DNA from: Octopus sinensis
Lineage: Eukaryota
Reading direction: 5' to 3'
DNA length: 64,000 bases
Assembly (NCBI RefSeq): GCF_006345805.1
Contig: NC_043006.1
Coordinates: 80,786,001 to 80,850,000, forward strand
Within the stretch, counting starts at the first letter, position 1. Each line of letters begins with the position of its first letter. The notes under the pieces were generated by a model. It was not told the origin of the DNA. It ran no database searches and worked only from the letters and a program-made list of their open reading frames with translations. Shown here in pieces: positions 54,942-64,000 of the stretch. Made by a program: the position numbers and the translations under genes.

Positions 54942-55366
54942 TATTTGCTTATACGGCTTTTAAGCTCGCAGCCACTAATGTTATTTTTAGGAATAAATAA
55001 TGTTCTATTATATCTATAAATAATATCACATAGTTCGATTGTTTCAATGGTGTTCGGGCTCCCAAACGAATTACAGTCATGGTAGTGGTGTTTATTAGTA
55101 GTTTGCCTCTTACCGATCTAACTGAAGAGGATTGGGTACTTTTGGCACTAAATTCAAGATCATGATATCAGATAAGCTGACATTCCTTCTACAACCTTTG
55201 CAGAGATAAGACGCTCTTCTTATTCACTAACACTTTTCTCCTATCATGCCTGTATGAATTTGGCGATTCTTCTGTAGCTTAGGAGTATTTAGACTTCTAT
55301 TTTTAGCGAAGCAGATGCTTATGTAGTACCCTTGTATAAATGAATATATTTATATTTCTTATATAT

Positions 55367-55770
55367 AGGCGTGGGAGTGGCTATAGGGTAAGTAGCTTGC
55401 TTACGAACCTCATGGTTCCTGGTTCAGTCCCACTGCATAGCATCTTGGGCCAGTGTCTTCCACTATAGCCTCGGGCCGACCAAAGCCTTATGAGTGGATT
55501 TGGTAGACAGAAACTGAAAGAAGCCCGTCGTATATATGTATATGTATATGTGTGTGTATGTGTATATGTTTGTGTGTCTGTGTTTCTCCCCTCCCAACAT
55601 CGCTTGACAACCGATGCTGGTGTGTTTACGTCCCTGTAACTTAGCGGTTCGGTAAAAGAGACCGATAGAATAAGTACTAGGCTTACAAAGAATAAGTCCT
55701 GGGGTCGATTTGCCCGACTCAAGGCGGTGCTCCAGCATGGCCACAGTCAAATGACTGGAACAAGTAAAAG
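55367..55770 (+). mobile_element. SINE family 1, full length
   Basis: Head, linker and tail GGCGGTGCTCCAGCATGGCCACAG. Confidence 0.9.
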
Positions 55771-55889
55771 AATAATTTTGCCTGTACGGCTTTAATGCCC
55801 GTGGCTACTAGCGTTATTATTTTTAGAAATAATAATGTTCTTTCATATTTATACACAAATACACACACACCGACACACCCACACACTAG

Positions 55890-56330
55890 GGGTATTCGTT
55901 AAAGGTTTCCCCTGATCCACTTTCCATGGATGGGGAAAAACGAAACTTGGCATAATTTTTAGTCCTTCTCTACGTTGCCACAACCGATGATGACACACTT
56001 CTCCATTCACATTATGCAGCTGTGAGGATCTCGTCTGTTAGAAGTCGTTAGGTTGCGTCTGGAGCCCAGATGAAGGCACACGCCGCCGCCTATGAAATCC
56101 TTCGTCATTAACCTTACTCTTCCGACCTCGCACCATCTAACTTTCACCTTTTTCCGAACATGTAGTCTTTTTTGAAGGGGAAGCACTTTACGGATGATGA
56201 TGAACTTATTTCCGAGGTAACGTCTTGGCTCTGGACACAACCTACCGAACACTAAAGACTGCATAACGCGAGGGGAGAAACGTGACACCATTGGTGGTGG
56301 CAATGTACAAAAGGACTGGAAAGAATGCCA
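55890..56330 (+). mobile_element. mariner C-terminal relic
   Basis: YEILRH*PYSSDLAPSNFHLFPNM*SFLKGKHFTDDDELISEV. Confidence 0.8.
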
Positions 56331-56418
56331 AGTTTCACTCATTCCTGTCTCTGGAAAGCGGGTCAGGGAAAAACTTTAATGAACACACCTCTGTGTGCAC
56401 GCGTGTGTGTGTGTATGA

Positions 56419-56489
<71 letters not shown>

Positions 56490-56495
56490 TATATA

Positions 56496-56528
<33 letters not shown>

Positions 56529-56842
56529 GTAAAAGATAAAAGAACATTATTATTCCTAAAATAATAACGTTAGTGGCCACCAGCGTAAAACCCGTATAGG
56601 CAAAGTTAATAATTATATATAAGATATACAGATATATTTATATATATGTAGTCTAGGGTACTACATAAGCACATTCTTCGCTAATGTGTCCATCTGTTAT
56701 AATTTGAGCAGCTAAAAATTGCTCTATATTTTAAATTGATGTAATGATTGCATTGTTCAATTAAATGGAGCTGCATGAAACGCTCATACTGCATTACCTC
56801 TGGATATCCTTGTTGCTTATTTTGATTATATATATATATATA

Positions 56843-57200
56843 CTAGCAGTACAACCCGGCCTTGCCCTGGATTAAGTTACGATTATTAAGCTAATCAAGT
56901 TCTTTATTTCAAACCAAACTAAGTAGTATCGACTCTCAACAAAACACTTTTTTTACTCGGCGTAAAATAAAAACAAAACTCTTTCGCACCCAAATTAATA
57001 TGTGAGAGAGGGGGAGAAAGATGAACGATTTATCAAATAAATAATTTAAAATAAATATATTTTAATTGTTGTGTGAGAAAGTATAAATACTCTGATTATA
57101 AAATATAGTGTCTTTCAAAAACATCCTGAATTTGAACACTTTATCTCGTGTTTAAGAAAAAAACAAAACATTTTACATTTTATTTTTATGAACTTCGTCA

Positions 57201-57249
<49 letters not shown>

Positions 57250-57700
57250 ACACTTTGTCATTCCTTTTTTTTTGTTTAGACGCCGTGAAAATTTCTTTCA
57301 CTTTTCTTTATCTTATTTGTTGTGTTAGACGTCGTCAAAAAGCTATGGCTAAAAATAGATTTTTATGAATGTCATTACTTACTCTCTCTCTCTCTCTCTC
57401 CCTCTCTCACTTTGTCTTTCCCGTGAAACTCTCTGCCCCCTCTTCCACTTTTCTTTATCTTATTTTCTTTGCTAGATGCCGTCAAAAAGCTATGGCTGAT
57501 ATTTTTATGGCTAAAAACTATGTCTGAAAATAGAATTTTACCACTATCCGCGGGTGCCTCGGGAATAAAAATAAGGTGACAAAACCCAGATAGGATGTTG
57601 ACAAATGTCCTCCTAAAATTTGAGCGATATACGTGCTAATTTGTGGATGTGCATAAACTACAATCACGTACACACACATATTGCTTTATATATATATATC
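56843..57700 (-). mobile_element. Non-autonomous Helitron
   Basis: Minus-strand 3' end CCAGGGCAAGGCCGGGTTGTACTGCTAG|T resembles that of the 36294 element; internal short tandem duplications; 5' end approximate. Confidence 0.7.
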
Positions 57701-57761
57701 ATATACATACATACATATATATATATATATATTAAATATATATATATATAATATATATATA

Positions 57762-57807
<46 letters not shown>

Positions 57808-58074
57808 TATATCATATATTATATATATAGGACGTGCTACTTTCAAGTTCTGTCTACAAACTGCACTTACATGGATTTGGTCGGTCCGGGCTGTTGTAGA
57901 AGTCAAAGTCATTTTATCAAGATGCCACACAGTAGGACTGAATCCAGAATCATATGTAACACGGGACTTCTGTTACCTTGCCTTTGGAATATTTATTCAA
58001 ACACGTACGCGTTCGTTTCACAGCCACGAATTCACTTGGTGAAACCAGAGGAAGTTCATCGTCGGTTTATAAGG

Positions 58075-58097
58075 TGACTATGATGGTGATGATGATA

Positions 58098-58132
<35 letters not shown>

Positions 58133-58576
58133 CATCATCATCATCATCATCATCATCTCATCATCAACATCATCATCATCATCATCAACATCATCATCAT
58201 AATCATCACCATCGTTATCATCGTAATCATCATCGTCAGGTCAATCACCCTCAGCATCACCTTCATCACCACCACCTACACCACCAATAAATCTTCATCG
58301 ATGAAACACAGTGATTAAATGTATCGAATGCATTGCATGCAAACATTTCCCCCTCACTCCCCTGCTCTCCTTTCTCTCTCTTTCTTTTCCACTCTTCTTT
58401 TCTCATCCTCTACTAAGAAGTGTTGGTGCAAAATCTTATATTCGCTTTTCTCCTCCTCCTCCTACTCTTCCTCATTCTTTTCCTAAGACTCCAGTTCTTT
58501 TTCTTCTGCTTGCACTTCTTTGTCTTTTGTGCTACTTCATCAGCATATTTTTCTCCTCCTCCTCCTCCTCCTCATT

Positions 58577-58627
<51 letters not shown>

Positions 58628-58872
58628 TTCTTCTTCTTCTCCTTCTTCAACCAACACCAACACAACTAACGCCATCTTCAAATGCAGAATCAAGATGATG
58701 ACGACGACCATCATCATCATCACCCTCATCATTATCTTCATAGCCTCTTCATCATCATCATCATCATCGTTTTCTTCTTTTCTTCTTTTCTTCTTTTCTT
58801 CTTCTTCTTCTTCTTCTTCTTCTTCTTCTTCTTCTTCTTCTTCTTCTGCTTCTACCTCTAAAATCCACTCAC

Positions 58873-58911
<39 letters not shown>

Positions 58912-58979
58912 ACTTTCTCTCTCTTTCTCTTCTCTCTTCTCTTCTCTCTCTCTTTCTCTCTCTCTCACTTTCTCTCTCT

Positions 58980-59022
<43 letters not shown>

Positions 59023-59394
59023 CTAGTTTAATCGGCTATCTTGAAACCTTCAATATCCCCCCCATCCAACGGTAGAACTTATTCGCTATAAGTTGTCTAC
59101 CGACGAAGGTTACAACCTAACAGCACTGATGGTGATGGATGATGATGATGATGGCGATGATGATGATGATGATGATGATGATGAAGAGGCAGACGACAGT
59201 GGCGATGAAGATGATGATGAGGATGATAATGATGATGATGATGATGAGGATGATAATGGTGACGATGATGATGATGATGATGATGATGGTCGTCGTCATC
59301 ATCATCTTTCTGTTGTTGATGATGGCGTTAGTGGTGTTGGTGTTGGTGGTGATGGTAATACAAGTGGTGGCGGTTGCGGTGTTACCGCCGCCGC

Positions 59395-59438
<44 letters not shown>

Positions 59439-59800
59439 ATGATGCATGGCGACAACTAAGAGGGCGCAATATTTTTTGCTTGTACTCTTCAAGTAAAGAC
59501 AATCATTTGGTGAAATTACTTTTGAGACGGTTATTTGATGTTACGTAAATTTAGCCGTCACTACCAGTTGTTATTGAAAGATTCCAATAAATCGAAGGCG
59601 AAAAGTGCGTTTTATCTATGTTAGCTAAACATCATCATCGTCTTCGTCATCGTGATCTTCATCACCTCCTCGTCAAAATCATTATCAAAATCATTATCAA
59701 AATCATCAAAATCATCATCGTCATCATCATCAGCATCATGGAATTAATAATAATGATAATAATAATAATAATAATGATAATAATAATAATAATAATAATG

Positions 59801-59840
<40 letters not shown>

Positions 59841-60265
59841 TGATAATAATAATAATAATAATAATAATGATGATGATGATATATAATAATAATAATAATA
59901 ATAATGATGATAATAATAATAATAATGATGATGATAATATAATAATAATAATAATAATATAATAATAATAATATAATAATGATGATAATAATAATGATAA
60001 TAATAATAATAATGATGATATAATAAATAATAATAATGATGATATGATAATGATATAATAATAATAATAATATAATAATAATATAATAATAATAATATAA
60101 TAATAATAATAATAATGATAATAATAATAATAATAATAATGATGATGATGATAATAATAATAATAATAATATATAATAATAATGATAATAATAATAATGA
60201 TAATAATAATAATAATGATGATAATAATAATAATAATAATGATGATGATGATAATAATAATAATG

Positions 60266-60320
<55 letters not shown>
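58075..60320. repeat. Compound microsatellite field (GAT, CAT, CCT, CTT, CT, GCT, AAT)
   Basis: Directly visible; source of the homopolymeric ORFs in the track. Confidence 0.95.
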
Positions 60321-60321
<1 letters not shown>

Positions 60322-60339
60322 CGCAAAAGAAATAGACAA

Positions 60340-61135
60340 AGAAAAAAAAAATCCCAGCAATGGTTGAGAAGCTCAGGACTCAAAGCAGAAACAGAGGGAT
60401 TTTTAATTGCAGCACAAGACCAAAGCCTCCCCACCAGAAATTACCAAAAACATGTAATGAAAAGAAATATTACAAGTAACTGCAGAATATGTGGAGATGG
60501 ACAAGAAACAATAAATCATATTATCTCTAGCTGCCCAGTCCTGGCTAAGAAGGAATATATTCACATACATGACAGAGTTGGAACTTACATACATTGGAAG
60601 CTATTCCAACATTATGGAATAACAACAGAAAAAAGATGGTATAGGCACACACCAGAAAAGGTCACAGAAAACGAGAAAGCAACCATTCTCTGGGATATGC
60701 CGATACACACAGATAGAGAAATTAAGGCCAACAGACCAGATATAGTTGTCAGAGACCATGAAGAAAAAAATGCTTTCTAATTGATGTATCAGTACCGGCA
60801 GATGACAACGTGTCTCTAAAAGAAATGGAGAAACTCTCAAAATACAAAGACCTGGAAATAGAGGTAACTAGAATGTGGAATCTGAAAACAGAAACAATTC
60901 CTATCATAGTAGGTGCATTAGGCATGATAAAAAAATATTCAGACAAATACATAACAAAAACACCAGGACTTACAAACACATATAACATACAGAAAATTGC
61001 ACTACTAGGCACTGCACACATCCTACGCAGAACACTTTCCATACAATAACCATCAGAGCATCACAACAAATCACAGCATATACCCAAGGCACACAGAGCT
61101 GCGCTCGGTAGTGAAGTGAAAGCACGCTATAAAAA
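60340..61135 (+). mobile_element. 3' portion of a relatively young R4/Dong-like LINE
   Basis: ETEGFLIAAQDQSLPTRNY, CRICG...ETINHIISSC, LWDMPIHTDREIKANRPDIVV, IIVGALG, QKIALLGTAHILRRTL; one frameshift near 60770; ends in (TAA)n. Confidence 0.9.
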
Positions 61136-61154
61136 TAAAAATAAAACTAACTAC

Positions 61155-61223
<69 letters not shown>

Positions 61224-61224
<1 letters not shown>

Positions 61225-61369
61225 CCTTTCTACTATAGGCACAAGACCTGAAATTTGTGGGGAGGGGATAGTCGATTACATCGACCCCAGTATTTCCCTA
61301 GCACTTAATTTATCGACCGCAAAAGGATGAAAGACAAAGTCGACCTCGATGGAATTTGAACATAAAACG
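61224..61369 (-). mobile_element. SINE family 2, 3' half
   Basis: Reverse complement of the body and tail. Confidence 0.7.
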
Positions 61370-63410
61370 TTATCACCAGAATAGATTATTTAGAGAAGAT
61401 CAGAAGAGATTCTATAAAGAAATTCATGGAGAGTGTACAGATGAAGAGTTGATGCCAGATAACAATGAAAGTCAAGGGTTTTGGAATGACATCTGGAGCA
61501 AAGACAAAGAGTACAAGAAGGATGCTGAATGGTTGCAAGAACTGAAACAAACAGTAGTCTGTCCAAAACAGGCAGAAGTATTCATTTCAGTTAGGGAAGT
61601 GAAGAAAATCAGCAAAAAGATGTGCAACTGGAAAGCCCCGGGATCAGATGGAGTTCAAGGCTACTGGATCAAAAGATTTGTGAATGTGATGCACGAATAG
61701 CTGCGCAAATCAACACCTTGTTAAATGCCGACCAAATAACACCAGAGTGGTTGACATTGGGTAGGACAGTGCTGTGCTTGAAAAACATCGAAAAAGGCAA
61801 TACGGTAGATAATTACAGACCGATATCCTGTCTGCCACTTAAGTGGAACTCATTGACTGGAATACAAGCTGGGCATGTATTCAAAAGTAAACCATTTGTT
61901 ATGCACTGATGACCTCAAACTTTATGGTAAAGGTGAAACCGAAGACAGTTGTATACATTCAGTGCTGGTATCAGAATATAGTTCGGACTGAGAAAGTGTG
62001 GTGTGTTGGTCTTGATGAAAGCCAAAATCAAATGTATGGGTGGGCTATCGATACCGTCGGGGGAGGTTATTGAGCAGATAGAAGAGACAGGCTATAAGTA
62101 CTTGGGGATTTTGGAAATGGATAAATTGATGGAGAAAGAAATGACAGAAAAATTTAAGGTGGAATACTTGAGCAGACTGAGACTGATCCTTAAGTCGAAG
62201 TTAAACGGATGGAATAAGATCGAAGCTATCAACACCTGGGCGGTTTCTCTCCTTAGATATGGAACAGGGGTAATTGCATGGACAGTAGATGAACTAAACA
62301 ACTTAGACAGAAAGACAACGAAGTTGCTAACTAGATATGGGTCACTCCACCCAAAAAGTGACACAGACAGACTGTATGTACCAAGAAAAATAGGGAGAAG
62401 AGGACTTATTGGATGCGAACACAGCTTTAGAGCAGAAGAAAAAAACATAGCATGGTATGTAAAAAATGCCACATAACCGCTATTATTAGAAGTAAGAAGG
62501 GCAGGCATGTGTAGGATGAAATAATGCAAAGATAAAGCACTGTGCAAGCAATTGAAAACGAATGAAACTGAAAATATATGGATAAAGAAAAGAACGTATG
62601 GACAATTTCATAGGGATGTTGAAGATAAGACAGACAGAGAAAAAAGATGGCTGTGGCTGACTAAAAATGATTTAAAACGGAAGCTCTAATCTGTGCTGCC
62701 CAAGAAGAATGCACTAAGAACAAACTACATAAAATACAGAGTAAAGTGATAAGTGCAGAATCTGTGTACAAAATGGTGAAACCGTATGGCGTATTACCAG
62801 CGAATGTACGCCACTAGCACAGAAGAAATTTAAGAGACGCCACGACAATATAGCAAGGGTTATCCATTGGGCACCTTGCAACAAGTATGATCTAGACAAA
62901 GAAAAAAATTGGTACGACCACAAACCCGAAGGCATCATCGAAAATAGTAATGCAAAGATCCTGTGAGATTTTTCAGTGCGACCATTAGATAGAAAATAGG
63001 AAGCCAGACATAGTCTTAATTGAAAACGAAAGAAAACTATGCTAGATCTGAGATATAGCATGCCCAGCTGACAACAAGGTATGCGATTAGGAAGAAAGAA
63101 AAGTCGATAGGTATGACAGATTAGCTTGGGAGGTAAAGTAGTTTTGGTCGATGATAAAGGTAGTAGTGGTACCAATAATTGTCGGAGCCCTGTGAACAGT
63201 GAGTAAAACTCTCGAGAAGTACATGGAACAAATATGGTCTGCAATAAAGGTGGAGCACTTGCAGAAAACAGCACTGCTTGGAACCGCTCGAATACTCCGG
63301 AAGGTGCTCGAAAAATATGAAGTGTTACCTTAGTTCACTGGTAAAGAACAGCTGACACCGTAGTACATCTCCAGGGTTAGAAGCTATGCAACGGCAATGA
63401 TTATAATAAT
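61370..63410 (+). pseudogene. Degraded, internally deleted R4/Dong-like LINE
   Basis: YHQNRLFREDQKRFYKE, NWKAPGSDGVQGYWIK, NYRPISCLP, YKYLGILE, KLNGWNKIEAINTWAVS, HPKSDTDRLYVPRKIGRRGL. Confidence 0.9.
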
Positions 63411-63417
63411 GATTTCA

Positions 63418-63608
63418 AATTTTTCCACAAGAGCAGCAAATTTGGGGGAGGGATAAGTCCATTACATCGACCCCTGTGTTTCATAATTTATCGATCCCGA
63501 CAGGATGAAAGGCAAAGTCAACCTCAGCGGAATTTGAACTCAGAACATAGTGACAGGAGAAATACCACGAAACATTTCATCCAGCGTGCTACCGATTCTG
63601 CTAGCTCG
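63418..63608 (-). mobile_element. SINE family 2, diverged copy
   Basis: GATGAAAGGCAAAGTCAACC...GAACTCAGAAC...GATTCTGCTAGCTCG. Confidence 0.7.
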
Positions 63609-63796
63609 AAGGATGGGCGGGGCAGTATAGAGACGTAGTTCTCCTGATACAGGATGACCTCTAGGGGTAATCGAGGATCCCTACTGTCCAAAACCTCCCT
63701 GAACTCCAAGGCTGAGTGCCCTCTCCGATTTCCTTTCTCCGACTAACAAGTCCACACCATCCACTCTCGTCATTTTCGCAACTTTCACTCAATAAT

Positions 63797-63852
<56 letters not shown>

Positions 63853-64000
63853 GGATATAAATAAGCGTCGCCGTTGCCGTTCTTATCGCTGTCACATCAT
63901 CATAATGATCATCATCATGATTATTTTAGTGATCCCGATCATCATCAACAGCACCCGCAGCAGTTTAGCAGTAATAGCAGTAACAGTAGTTGAGCAGCAA

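Overview
AT-rich eukaryotic non-genic DNA packed with microsatellites and transposon relics. The SINE repertoire looks like that of an octopus/cephalopod genome; this is recognised from repeat sequences and not verified by search. I can support no host protein-coding gene, and nearly all ORFs in the track are microsatellite read-throughs. Contents: three tRNA-derived SINE families, R4/Dong-like, CR1-like, Tx1/L1-like and Penelope-like retroelement fragments, mariner, maT, pogo and piggyBac relics, two non-autonomous Helitrons, and a ~2.55-kb-arm inverted duplication (2064-8379). The main result is a hammerhead ribozyme (HHR) system that no ORF explains. A 485-bp x3.1 tandem array (34835-36717) carries an intact type I HHR in every unit on the minus strand. 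A second ~595-bp array (49601-51232) has a consensus type I HHR. The two arrays are otherwise dissimilar but share HHR architecture (large stem II insert, palindromic loop III) and an 18-nt motif downstream of the cleavage site, so they look like two retrozyme-type (circular-RNA) element families. At least seven further minimal or degenerate HHR-like motifs sit in Penelope-type terminal repeats. All ribozyme calls come from manual base-pairing; none was folded computationally or assayed.
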